Source: Cladosporium halotolerans (taxonomy: Eukaryota). From it: a stretch of 64,000 nucleotides of DNA. The stretch's first letter is position 1, and each line of letters opens with the position of its first letter. Below, piece after piece: positions 45,844 through 57,476 of the stretch. The stretch covers positions 372,001 through 436,000 of the forward strand of contig NW_027191466.1 in NCBI RefSeq assembly GCF_011745625.1. The letters run 5' to 3'. The position numbers and the translations under genes were made by a program. The notes beneath the pieces were generated by a model that was given only the letters and a program-made list of their open reading frames with translations, was not told where the DNA came from and did no database searches.

Positions 45844-46975
45844 ATGTTCAGCTTGAGACTCGCTTGCAGAAGCTCTGTCGCAGTTTCGTCTAGAGCGTTC
45901 AGAACAGCATCCTCTACACCGACCTCTACCGGATTCACAAAAAAAACCGCCATCAGGCCGAGCATCCCGCAACCCAGCACCACTTTCAGCGCCCCCATTT
46001 GCCGCTCCCTCAGCACCAACATGGCCCCTCTCACTGCCTGGTCCCGCCTGGTTCGCTACGAGTCCGCGAAGGATGGCAGCATCCGCTACGGCGACCCCAT
46101 CGTCAACGAAGACAGGCCAGACATCGACGCTCTGGCGCAGAAGGGCGGGCTGAAAGTCAAGGTCCTCGAGGGCCCGACGCCTATCACTGCTAAGCCGACG
46201 GGCGAGGAGGACGAGGTCAAGCGCTTGCTTGGGCCGCTGACGCCGAAGGATGTTCCGATCATTCGGTGCGTGGGGTTGAACTACAAGACGCACAGTGAGT
46301 TGCCCCCGCCTTGACATCGGGGAGTATCCGAAAGACACCAGATACTGAGCAGTCTCAACCGCAGTCCTCGAAACCGGCTTCGACCTCCCCGCGAACCCAA
46401 CCCTCTTCATCAAGCCCTCGCCTGCGGTCGGCGACACGCGCTCGCCCGTCCCGATCCCCAAGCTCGGCCAGCCCCAGTGCGACTACGAAGGCGAGCTGAC
46501 CATCGTCATCGGCAAGGACGCCAAGAACGTCTCCGAAGCCGACGCGCTCTCCTACGTCGCGGGCTACGTGTCCGGCAACGACGTGTCCTGCCGCGACTGG
46601 CAGATGGAGAAGGACAAGGCGGGCATGATGCCGCAGTGGAGCTTCAGCAAGAGCTTCGACGGGTACGCGCCGCTGGGCCCCTGCGTGGCGAGCGCGAGCC
46701 TGCTGGGCGACGCGAGCGGGCTGAAGCTCAGGACGTTCGTCAACGGCGAGAAGAGGCAGGAGAGCGACACGGCGGATCTGGTGTTTGGCGTCAAGAAGCT
46801 GGTGAGCTTTCTGAGCACGGGGCAGACGCTGCAGGCGGGGAGTTTGATCATGACGGGCACGCCGGGCGGTGTTGGGTTTGGAATGAAGCCACCGGTTTGG
46901 CTGAAGGATGGGGACGAGGTTGTGGTGGATATTGAGGGGATTGGGAAGGTGGTTAATGTTATGAAGTTTGAGTAG
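45844..46975 (+). CDS. Fumarylacetoacetate hydrolase (FAH/FAHD2) family protein; intron 46295..46364; alternative start 46021
   Basis: Motifs RCVGLNYKTH-ILE, PTLFIKP, CDYEGELTIVIGKD, GNDVSCRDWQ, SKSFDGYAPLGP and IMTGTPGGVG. Confidence 0.92.
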
Positions 46976-47365
46976 ATTTAGCGGAGAGATATAAACTGGT
47001 TTGACGAGGCATTTTTGGAAGCATGCGAGTAGATCGAACAGACATCGAGTGTGCTTCGCGATGATGATGTAAGGATCGTTCATGCAACCCATCTCTACAT
47101 GCGTCTTTGCTTCTATCTCCTGTACTCAACCTCAGCCACATTATTCGCGAGAAAAAAGGAGCGAAATATGTACGCCGGCGGAACATGAAGGGTCGTCCGC
47201 AGCTCCCTCGCAGCATCAAGAAGACAGCGAGAGCCACCAACACCTTGAACAACAACAGAAAAACCAAAGGGTATCCAAAGGCAGAGCCCCCCAACCCGAC
47301 CGCCCACGTCGTGACGACGAACAAGAACAATTCACTTCACTTCACGTCATTTCCACAGACCCTCC

Positions 47366-50103
47366 TTAACCCCTCTGGTTGAAAAACCAACTCGTGCGCT
47401 TCGAGCCCTCGGGCGCCGCGCCCTCCTGGCTCTGCACACGGCTGGCCTGCAGACCGGCGAAGGTAGGCGTGCCGGCGCCCTCGCCGGGCGTGCTGGCGTT
47501 GGGACCGCCGCCGCCGCGGAGGGGCTTCGCGATGCGGCCGAAGGGGTTGTTAGCGAAGTTGGGCTGGGCGGGAGCGGCGCCCAGGCCGCGGGTGGAGCCT
47601 TGCTTTGCAGCCTCGAGGCGCTCTTTGACGGCGAGGAGTTGGGATTCGAATCTGGAATGATTGTTAGCGAGGTGTTCTGAGTTTTGGGAAAGTCGGGGAG
47701 TGTAGGAACGTACTTGTGGTTGGCGACCATGAGCTTCTCCTGACTCTCGGCCACCAGTCCCTCGAGGCCACGGATGCGCTCGCCACGGGCGACGAGCTTG
47801 CGCTCTGCGATGGCGACTTCTTTCTTCAGCTGCGCGTTCTGTTCGACCAGCTGGCGCTGCACGAGCGTGAGCTGCTCTAGGTTGCGCTCGAGGAAAGCGA
47901 GCTTCTTCTGCTGCTGCTTGCTGTTGGAGCTGCGCAAGATGGAGTTGTACTGCTCGCGGGTCGAGTCGAGGGAGATCTCGAGCTCGACGACACGCTCGCA
48001 GCGGTTCTGCAAGTCGCGCATGAGCGACTTCTTGATTGTGTCGAAGTCGGCGAGCTGCTTGTTCATGGAGGCACCGTTGCCGCCTGCAATGGCCTGCTTG
48101 CGCAAAGCCTCGAGCTCGGAGCGCATGCGAGCGTTGTCCTCCTGTTGGCGAGAAAGCGCCTGCTGCATGTCGCCTGGCTCACCGTTCTCGAATTGTTCGC
48201 CATTGCCGTTGGCACCGCCGAATTCAGCTTGGCGTACCAGACCTTGCGTCTCAAGAAGTCGCTCGCGAAGACGCTGAAGCTCGTCTGTCGGGACAGCATC
48301 GCCAGCTTCAGCGATCTCGAGCAAGCTGTCAAGTTGCTGCAGGGTGGCACGGACGTGCATTTCACTGCTAGACGACAGGTCGTCACCAAGATCAAAGCCA
48401 GCCATCATCTGCGCCATGCGCTCCTTCTTGAGCCTCTCCTTCTCATCAAGCATCGCGCTGCTCTCTTTAGCAGACATCCTAGCGTCAAGCAGCTGGTGCT
48501 TCACATCATCAAGCTCAGCAGTGAGCTCGCCATTCGCCTCCTTGAGCGAGTCCATCGTAATGGCCGCCTCCTTGGTCTCAAACTCGATCTTCTCGACTTG
48601 CATGCGCAGCTGCTCGCTCTCAGAGCGCAGGCGCTCGCTGTCGCGGTTCGTGGTCGCGTGGGTCTCTCGTAAGTCCTTCAGTTCGTTGCGCGCCGCCTGC
48701 AGGGCCTCCTCGGCCTTCGCCAGCGAGCTCTCCTTCTCCGCAAGCTGGTCCTGCAGCTCGTTCTCGCGCTTGAGGAATTCCTCCTTCTCGTCCTTGTCCA
48801 TCGGGATGGACGGTGTGCCCGCGCGGTCCATGTCCATGCGGCTGTCGGGCCGCGGCGTGCTGGGTGTCTCCTGGCCGGAGCGTAGTCTGCTAGGTGTTGC
48901 GGGTCTGGGGGTCGCTTGGGTAGGCGCCCTTGAGATATCTTTGAGGGCAGGTGTCCATTGCTCTTGGGGTACCTGGTCACCCTTTCGCCAGTTGCCGATT
49001 TCGTTCTCGAGAGAAGAGATGTAGCCCTCGTATGTGGAAAGCTGGCCTTGAGACTTCTTGAGCAGCGCTTTGAGCTGGGCAGGAGAGAGCTCCTCGTTGA
49101 CCTTGGCCTTCTGTTTGATCGTCTTGGCTCTCTCACCGAAGCGGAGCGTGCTGACCGTCTCGTCGTAGTTGTATCCTGAAGGCGAGCAGTTGATAATGAG
49201 TGTTGTCCGTGAGTTGCCGCCGAGGGATTCTTGCAGGATACGTGTAAGCTTGCTGTCTCTGTAAGGAATGTGAGAGCTCTTGCCGTCCGAAAGAGCGTTG
49301 ATGACCATTCCGAGCGATGTGAGCGACTTGTTGATCTTCTTCGCTTCCTCCAAGGTTTGACCACTTGCACCAGTCTTGCCGACCTTTTCGGAACCAGCCA
49401 GATCGACCAGGAAGAGTCGTCCAGACTTCGCAGAACCAGATTCGACATTCTTCTGCGCGACCTCAATTACAAAGATCGAGTGTGATCGAGACGACTCCTG
49501 GTTCATGTTCGTAGCGGCGACCATCCTTGCCGCACCACCACGCTCCAGGACCTGGTAAACCTCCTCCACGGATCCAACATAGAACTCATGCAGACCCTTG
49601 ACGTAGACACCCCTCGCCTTGTCCTCGTGCACGGGCAAGTTGTCGTTCTGCGGCACCAGCAAGTCGCGGATCTTCTCCATGTAAATCTCCATATAGCTGA
49701 CCTTGACCGTGAACTCGATGCTGCCGTCACTGCTCATGATGGAGTGGAAGATCTGCTCAACGATCCTGGGGATAATACCCTTGGAGCCGTCGTCGGCAAT
49801 GTCCGCGCCCATCATGGTGTACGTCTTTCCGGAGCCCGTCTGGCCGTAGGCGAAGACGGTTCCGTTGTAGCCTGCCAGCACGTCGTCGACGGTGCCACGG
49901 ATCGAGTAGTCGAAGACATCGTGCTGCGCGGTGTTGGTGGGAAAGACGCGGTCGAAAGTGAAGGAGGAGGACGAGTCCTTGCTTGCGACCTTGAGGCTCT
50001 CCTGCGACTCGAAGCTGACAACTTGCTCGCTGTTGGCATCGCGCTCGATGCGGTTCTGCGGCCTGAAGCGGGCGACGACTTTGATGGTGTTCGGCGTCGA
50101 CAT
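47366..50103 (-). CDS. kinA: Conventional kinesin heavy chain (kinesin-1); intron 47652..47713
   Basis: Motor motifs AYGQTGSGKT, SSRSH, LVDLAGSE and HIPYRDSKLTRILQESLGGN. Coiled coil KSLMRDLQNRCERVVELE. After splicing the tail contains RIAKPLRGGG and KRTSWFF. Confidence 0.96.
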
Positions 50104-50924
50104 CGTGGCGGTGGGAGAGGTGGGAGGGGAAGGCGACGGCGGGCGCTCGGGGCGGCCCTAGTAGGAAGTGGTTTTCGTATGCGGTCGTAGGAGTTGCCGG
50201 GATGCTTTGTGATGTGAGGGGAGTGTGATGCTTCGAGGTCGGACCGGGCGTGCGCAAATGCAGGTCCCGTGGGGGATTCGGTCAGGCGAAGAAGCCCCTG
50301 GGACAGCGGCCTGCCGCAGTTCTGCCAGCCGATGGGTATGCTGGGAATGCGATGGTGTTGGCGACAAAATCGTATGCAACCAAACGGAGATGTCACAGGT
50401 AGATCGGGCGGCCGTGGAACGAGGGGTTGCACACAGTCGCGACGTTGTGCGTGCGGTGACCCGGTGCGAATGCTTAAGCTGGTGGAGTGGAGTGTTTATC
50501 AACAGCCGGCCCTGAAAACGGATCTGATCCGCGTCAGTGCATGAGCCTGCCTACCCCTCCATCAGCGTGAAGAACGCAAGGCTGCAGCACGACGTTGAAG
50601 AATGATACATGTGGTCCTCCGACACGTGGGTAAAATTTGATTTTTCATATCTTTCGTTGCAAACTATGAAAAAGGGCGTGATATCTCGTATGCACAGAGC
50701 GTCATGAGCAACGCCGCAGAAAACGCCTCGCTGGGTGCCACCAAAAGCCATCGTCAAAACGCCCGGCAATCCTGAACGGTAGGGCTTTGCCCAAAACACC
50801 AATGTCATGCATCTTGTCCTCCGTCGTGTAGCTCCCACCCATAAGGTGGAGGCACTTCGTTCGCGGTACCTTGGGAGTGAGCCGCCTTTTGAGCGCCTTT
50901 CTCAACACGTATAGCCAAAGTCGT

Positions 50925-51442
50925 TCAGTCGTCCCAGCTTTTCTCGACAGTCTCCCTCACCCGCTTCGTGTACTCTTTGCGATTGTCCTTGTACAGATTG
51001 CTAGCCTCCACGTTCGCTGGACTGCTGGTGTTGGGGTCGTTGAGCAAGCTCTGCACACTGGTCAAGATCGCCGCCACGTCGTAGGTCGGGCTCCAGCGGT
51101 TCTGCAAGATGTCGAGACACAGCTCGCCCGTGGCGTAAACGTTGGGGTGGAACATTTGCGAGATGAACTTGACGCCCGGCGGCTTGTTGGGATACTGCTC
51201 TTCGAAATGCATGACGAGGCGGAAGGTGCCGTCTTCGAAGGGCGTGTCGGAGGGGCCTATGATCACAGCGTTCCTGGTGGCAGGAGTCAGCGGGTGTTGC
51301 GGGGTGGTTGTGAGAGCCTTGTGCTGCGGGCGTACCAGGTCATCACATTGTCTGCTATGGGAGATGCGGAGACACCGGCCGGGGGATCAGTCTGCATGCG
51401 CTTGAAGTCGCGCATCAATCTTCTCCTTGCTGCGGTCGACAT
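50925..51442 (-). CDS. RAD6: Ubiquitin-conjugating enzyme E2 Rad6/Ubc2; intron 51274..51335
   Basis: [62 protein letters not shown]. Confidence 0.97.
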
Positions 51443-51692
51443 TTTGGCGGTTGATTGCGGGGTCTGAGATGCCGGCTGTTGTGGCTGGTGGTGTCGTTGA
51501 GCACGTTTGCTCGCGGCGGCAGGTTGTTTTGACGATAGTCAGAGCTCGAGGTAGAGAGAGTGTCCTGGTGCGATGTTGCGAAGCGATTTGTAGGGTAATG
51601 GGTCGTGGTCGTGTGAGCGGGATGTTTCGTAGGTCACTGCTCATAAAGGTGGATGTCGGGAAGCGGGAGGCAACGACTTGGATGGCGACATC

Positions 51693-51701
51693 GTCACGTG
51701 A
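51693..51701. promoter_or_regulatory. GTCACGTGA E-box upstream of RAD6
   Basis: Sequence match only, about 250 bp upstream of the ATG. Confidence 0.3.
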
Positions 51702-51881
51702 TCCCGTTGGTCACCACATTCACGCCTTTATTGACCCGGCGTTCTAGCAGAAGGACAAGTTCATATCCGAAAGGCAAGAAAAGAGAGAGTCACTAGAGTT
51801 CTCACACAAACCCCTTTCTCGTGCACACCATATATAAGTCAAGATTTATGCATTACTAAAAGCTAAGGTATACTGACAGTT

Positions 51882-53108
51882 CTAAACACCAACACTGCCA
51901 AACGCCGATAAGAATGCGCTTAGTCCCAAGCCAGACAACACGGGTATCGTCAAGTTGTCGTCCAGCTCCCACACATCCATGAGCTCACTAACGCTCACGA
52001 TGAAGCCCGAAGCCAGTGCCATCACAGCCACAGCCAACGGGCCGGTGATCGTCGACTGTTCCTCAGTCCATCCCAGCGCCTCCCTAGCTATACCGGGAAG
52101 CGCAAGACTTCCATCAAATGCAAAACTGTTGATCCCCTGGTCGTATTTCCCGTCCGTCCTAGGCGCCGTGAAACCCCAGAAGAACACCGCTGCAAAAACA
52201 CCACAAATGAAACATGCGATAGTCCCCGCCAGACTCTTTCCCTTGCGGATTCTAGGCGTGTACCGGCCCCACAGGCGTCCGAACGTGCTCGCTGCCGTGT
52301 CGCACCAGCTCAACAGCAGCACGCTCATGACAGCCACGTCTTTGCGGCAGAAGCGCATTGTAAACCACAATCCTGCGAGGTACATGATGACGCCATTGTA
52401 TCTGTCGTGCGCCTCGCTCTCACGCATGAAGGCTCCGAGATAGCGGATGTAGACGCGATTAAAGTCCGGCCAACGGAAGCGAAGCACGTCGATTGTCGCG
52501 ATCGGAATCAGAGCGGATAGCAGGACTGGGTGCACCGCGGAGATCTGCGCCCCGACGTGGTATAGCCAGAGCGTGACGAAGCCGATGCTGACGTGCAGCG
52601 CTTTGCGCGGAATCTCGTGCTTGTGGACGAAGGCACGCCATTCGCGGTGCACGGGGATGAGACCTAGAGGAGACGGCGAGCGGGAGAGGTTGCGCCAGTA
52701 GGAGCTGCCGAAGCCTGAGCCTCTGTACGCGTCGGAGGGGGAGAGGAAGCCGTTGGCGTCGGCGGCGCCTTTGGGCGGTTTTGTTATGGGCTCGGGTTTC
52801 TGTTTGCGCGTGGTCTTGGAGGAGCCAGTTTTGGCGCCTGGTGCGAGGGCGGTGCCGTTTGTTTGTCGGGTTGGACGGCGCTCGATCTGAGGGCTCCTGC
52901 TTCTTGTGCGCGCGCGTGAGAGCTCTGGGTCGTCCGACGAGTTGTCCCCATCCTCGTGCTCTTCTATGGGCTCTACCGAAGTTACATGCGATGTTTTAGA
53001 GCGCGTCTCGGGCCCAAAATATCCATCTTTTGCGTTGTGCTCGGAGGGCGTCGGCGACGGCGAGATCACGCGAGGTGTTGCCGGAACCTGCGACTGCGAG
53101 GCAGCCAT
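51882..53108 (-). CDS. DGK1: CTP-dependent diacylglycerol kinase
   Basis: Motifs HEIPRKALHVSIG, MRESE, LLLSWCDTAASTFGR, GKSLAG and LDDNLTIPV; multiple TM segments. Confidence 0.92.
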   Translation of the reverse strand: MAASQSQVPATPRVISPSPTPSEHNAKDGYFGPETRSKTSHVTSVEPIEEHEDGDNSSDDPELSRARTRSRSPQIERRPTRQTNGTALAPGAKTGSSKTTRKQKPEPITKPPKGAADANGFLSPSDAYRGSGFGSSYWRNLSRSPSPLGLIPVHREWRAFVHKHEIPRKALHVSIGFVTLWLYHVGAQISAVHPVLLSALIPIATIDVLRFRWPDFNRVYIRYLGAFMRESEAHDRYNGVIMYLAGLWFTMRFCRKDVAVMSVLLLSWCDTAASTFGRLWGRYTPRIRKGKSLAGTIACFICGVFAAVFFWGFTAPRTDGKYDQGINSFAFDGSLALPGIAREALGWTEEQSTITGPLAVAVMALASGFIVSVSELMDVWELDDNLTIPVLSGLGLSAFLSAFGSVGV

Positions 53109-53554
53109 TTGTGTATGGGTGGAAGTATGCGGCAGCGGGTCGTCTTAGCGGAACGAGGTCCCTTAAGTAGAAGGACGGAGTTGAGAGTGAAGTCTTCACG
53201 GGCAGCGAAAAGAAAACTATCAGCCTTCGGCCGTAGCGCGTTGGCAAAGGAAATTGGTTATCGCGTTAGGTGGTGTACTGTGACATCGATGACATAGCCG
53301 CTGCAGGATTCCGTCAGGTCACGACCTGAATTGCGGTCGCATTCGTGCCCAAAGCCCGTTGCATACCCTGATCTGCCAACAATCCGTCAATCTCTTTCAT
53401 TTGCACGTCTCGTATACGGACCCCGGGAGCAGCTCCTGCCCGCGTGCCGCGAGGTGCCTACTCGCTAGAGTTATGAAAATGTGGCTGAAGGCATTCGCCG
53501 AAGTCAGAGCGTCGCGCGCAAGCGGCTCGGTGCGGAGATTGCAAGCGCCGAGCG

Positions 53555-53561
53555 TGACTCT
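53555..53561 (+). promoter_or_regulatory. Gcn4/CpcA-type element TGACTCT upstream of HIS5
   Basis: TGACTC about 110 bp upstream of the ATG of an amino-acid biosynthetic gene, the expected context for cross-pathway control. Confidence 0.5.
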
Positions 53562-53668
53562 TTTGACATGTGATGACTGGGATGGCCGGCGTCGAGTGGC
53601 GGGCTGGTGACAAAATTCGCGAGCGTCCATTGATCCATTGTGAGACCTCGGTATAGACGAAATACAAG

Positions 53669-55013
53669 ATGCCGTTCGACATTGAAAAGTGCGCAAGGCC
53701 TAATATTCTGGCTCTCGAGCCGTACAGGTGTGCCAGAGAGTAGGTTGCCAATCTTTTCCTAGCCCTCGATCTTCAATGCACGGTCTCTGATTGCTGGCAG
53801 TGACTACAAGGACGACGGAACCAACGTTCTCCTCGATGCCAACGAGAACGCTTACGGCCCTGGATTGGCATTGAAGTACGACGGCAAGCTTGCCAATGGC
53901 GCTGCTTCTGAAATTGAGATCGATCTTTTGGGCCTCAACCGATACCCCGACCCGCACCAGCACGAGCTCAAACAGCACTTGATCAACTTGCGTAACACAA
54001 AAGTCCACACTCAGAAGGACCTCTCAGTTGACAACCTGTTCGTCGGCGTTGGTAGCGATGAAGCAATCGATGCATTACTTCGTGCGTTCTGCACACCGGG
54101 CAAAGACAAGATCTTGACCTGTCCGCCGACCTACGGCATGTACTCTGTTTCCGCACACGTCAACGATGTCGAAGTTGTTAAGGTTCCTCTGGACGTCGAC
54201 AATGGCTTCAACGCACAACCAGACAAGATCAATGCCAAATTGGCTGAAGACCCTACCATCAAGATGGTCTACCTGTGTTCACCCGGCAACCCGACCGCGA
54301 ACCTGGTACGCAAAGAAGACGTGAGGAAGGTTCTCGAGCACCCGACGTGGAACGGTGTTGTCATCGTCGACGAGGCGTACATCGACTTCTCACCCGACGG
54401 CTCGTCACTTGCAGAGTGGGTTGCCGAGTGGCCGAACCTGGTGGTCATGCAGACGCTGTCCAAGGCCTTTGGACTTGCTGGCATTCGATTGGGCGCTGCT
54501 TTCGCCAGCCCCCAGATCGCGAGGCTGCTCAACAGCCTCAAGGCACCCTACAACATCTCGAACCCGACGTCACAGCTTGCCATTCAGGCGCTGCTGCCCC
54601 AGAACTTGAAGGTCATGCACGCGAACCGCGCCGCAATCTTGGAACAGCGCGAGCGCATGCTCGTGGAGATGCCCAAGATCCCCGGCGTCGGACGCTTTCT
54701 CGGCGGCCGCGAGTCGAACTTCCTGCTGGTGGAGATGCTCGACGGACCCCAGGGCAAGCCGAGCAACGAGGTGGCGCTGCAGGTGTACGAGCGATTGGCG
54801 GAGTCAAGGGGTGTGGTCACACGATTCAGAGGCAAGGAGCTGGGCTGCTTGGGATGTCTGCGAGTCACGGTCGGCACGGAGAAGGAGGTGTCAAGGTTCC
54901 TGGAGGAGCTCAAGGGTGTGCTTGCTGAGATTCACAGCGGCAAGGCTGCCAATGGTATGCCCAAGGGAGAGGAGGAGAGGAAGGAGCAGGATGCCAGCGA
55001 GATCGTTGCATAG
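53669..55013 (+). CDS. HIS5: Histidinol-phosphate aminotransferase; intron 53740..53800
   Basis: RPNILALEPYRCARD-DY..LLDANEN, LNRYPDP, GVGSDEAID, LCSPGNPT, VDEAYIDF and the PLP motif TLSKAFGLAGIRLG. Confidence 0.96.
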
Positions 55014-55916
55014 AATCAATACAGAGTTGTTGTTATAGACGCTAATAATGCCGTAGAAGCTGAAATCTCGATCAAACTAGGTATGCACGCCTTGGATTCT
55101 GTTACCAATCTCATCGAACGTGTACCAGCGCGCGTGATACTGCCGGGAACGGCGGTCGACAGGTCGACAGTACTTAGTTTGGGTCCGCCCCGACATACCT
55201 AGGCGAAGTGGGTAGTGCTGACCAGGGCTCCTCAGGCAGCCTATCGTTCACTGGTTCTGGCGCGGGAAGCGTAAAAAGCGGGAAGGCCCAGCCTTCGTCG
55301 CCGTGCTCGCCTTCTCGCCTTCTCGCCTCAGGCCGAAACTGGCAAGGCCGACAGCTGGGCGCGAGGGCGGGTTGCGCAAAGCTACGCCATGGCGCCGATC
55401 GCCGGCGTGGGGAAGGCCGGCTAGCGTGGCCGGGCGCGCAACGGCAAGGAAACGGTTGGTTGGCAGGCGCGCCCGTGTTCGTCGTCCCGCAGATCGGGAA
55501 GGGACGAGACGACCCTCCTGCACGCGCGCCCTGCCCTTCCTCCATCCATCTGCCCTGCTGCTCTTCTTCCTCTGCCCATCTCTCTGCCCACCGCACACTC
55601 GTCTTCTCACCGCACACATCGATCCCGCTCACATCACTCACGCGATCCTCATTCTTTCACTTGCACACTACTACGTCACCCGCATCCACTCCTCGCCCTC
55701 CTCGCCCTCCCGGCCGCGCAGCACACGAGCACGCGCATTGACATCGCCTGTCGCGTGCAAACGCTTCAGCTCGTCTCACCAACAAACACCGACACCCAAG
55801 CCGCCAAAATAGGCGGGTCGCAGGCTCTCCAGGGCCTCATCCTTTGCCTTCAGCAGGAGCAGGCTAAGAAACAATTGATGTTGTTAGATCACCTAACTGA
55901 CGCAGCTCACTACACG

Positions 55917-56966
55917 ATGGCTACCTCCAACAACTTCATGCCATCGCCGACCGAAATGATGGATACAAACGCGCCGAACCAGTACTTCGCAAGCAGCCAC
56001 TACAATGATCCAGCCAAAGGCAACGCGCAAACGCCCATTGGCTTTGGCAACCCATTCGCGCCTACCCCCATTGCATCCATCCCTACCACTCCAGGTTCAG
56101 TCGCAGGTCGCAAACGTTCGCGCGGCGACACTCTCGGCGATGAGGACGACCTAGAACTTGACGGATCCCTCCCTACGCCAGCTTCAGACTCAGGAAACCA
56201 GCCTCGCGGCGAGCCCATCATGGGTCCCGGTATGACACTCATATACCCCGGCGATCCCTCCTACCCAATGTCCGCTGAGTCTCAATCAGGCACTTGGGTT
56301 GAAGAGCAGCAGCCTCGCATGCCACCTCAGGTCGCAGAACTGAGACGTCCGTCCATCCCCAGCAGAAAGTCACAGCGCATGGACCACTCATCGTCCGGCG
56401 CTGACGAGCTCGCTCAGCTTGTCTTGCCTCCGAATATGCGCGAAGCCACCGCAGAGCCCTTGATCGATGAGGCGACGCGAAAGCTTGGCATCAGCTGGAC
56501 ACGCATGGATTCGAACGAGCATCGTCAGATCAGCCAGGCTGCGTACGCGAAGTTCATTGTCAACCACTACCCTGCCTTGAGAGAGGTCAAGGTGTGGTTT
56601 GAGAATGCCGCGCTGCCCGGCTACCTCGTTCAATGCCTCAACGTCTACTCCGGCGAGACTGAGTTCTACCTCTTCTCCAGCGACCTCACAGAGGCCCGGC
56701 TTGTCACGCGCGACGCGTCTCAGCTCATCCCAAGGTTGAACATGCTGCCCGCTCTTCACCTCGCTGCGCCGGGTGGGCAGATCACAGCCAACATGAGCCC
56801 CGTCACTATTGCGCAGAACGAAGTCAGCAACTACGTGAAGAAGGAGGTCGAGAACAACGGTATCTTGCGGGGTCGTGAGCGCGACTACGTGTTTCCGAGC
56901 GCGTACAACCCTGCACCTGTCGAGCCGCAGGGTATCTGTGCTGCCCACTCAATGGAGGTTGACTAA
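55917..56966 (+). CDS. Uncharacterised protein (349 aa), disordered N-half and predicted folded C-terminal domain
   Basis: Long ORF with coding-like codon usage. An upstream CTAAC..CAG (55893..55905) suggests a 5'UTR intron acceptor just before ATG 55917. Confidence 0.8.
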   Translation: MATSNNFMPSPTEMMDTNAPNQYFASSHYNDPAKGNAQTPIGFGNPFAPTPIASIPTTPGSVAGRKRSRGDTLGDEDDLELDGSLPTPASDSGNQPRGEPIMGPGMTLIYPGDPSYPMSAESQSGTWVEEQQPRMPPQVAELRRPSIPSRKSQRMDHSSSGADELAQLVLPPNMREATAEPLIDEATRKLGISWTRMDSNEHRQISQAAYAKFIVNHYPALREVKVWFENAALPGYLVQCLNVYSGETEFYLFSSDLTEARLVTRDASQLIPRLNMLPALHLAAPGGQITANMSPVTIAQNEVSNYVKKEVENNGILRGRERDYVFPSAYNPAPVEPQGICAAHSMEVD

Positions 56967-57476
56967 AAATGAGGCCCTCTGTGCCGGGATGATCTGAATT
57001 TCATTATCAAACGATTTAACTGAGCTCTAACTGAGCTCTAAGAGGGTGCATTTGCTCTTTAGCTAGGCGGCTGAGGTTGAAGCATGGCTATAGAGAGAGG
57101 GTTCGGGGTTAGGTTGCTTTATTCGGTGGGAACGTCGGCGCGCGTCCTTTTGCTACGATCAATGATTGGCCTGTATTATAAAAGCTCAAGACCTATGAAA
57201 ATTTACAACATTTCTCCGTGTGCCTCGATAGGATCTGTGCATGTGCGATCGTAAAGTAGTTTCTGCAGGAGTTCGCGCTGTTTAGGGCCTGCCTCGCGCA
57301 ATTGATGGTCAGGGCAGCGCGCTGCGCAGACGCGATGACGGCCTGGCTTGGCTGCGGCAGCTCGAGCGAGCTTCAACGACCGACATCCAGACCCGGGCGT
57401 GAAGGCTGCCACCTTCGCCATCGCATCGCCTCTTGCTAACTCAACTCCGCAACACACCACTTCACACGTCGCAATA

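Noticed and set aside
47347..47713. Kinesin C-terminus as given by the ORF track
   Set aside because: It reads through an intron; splicing restores the conserved IAK tail and a stop at 47366.
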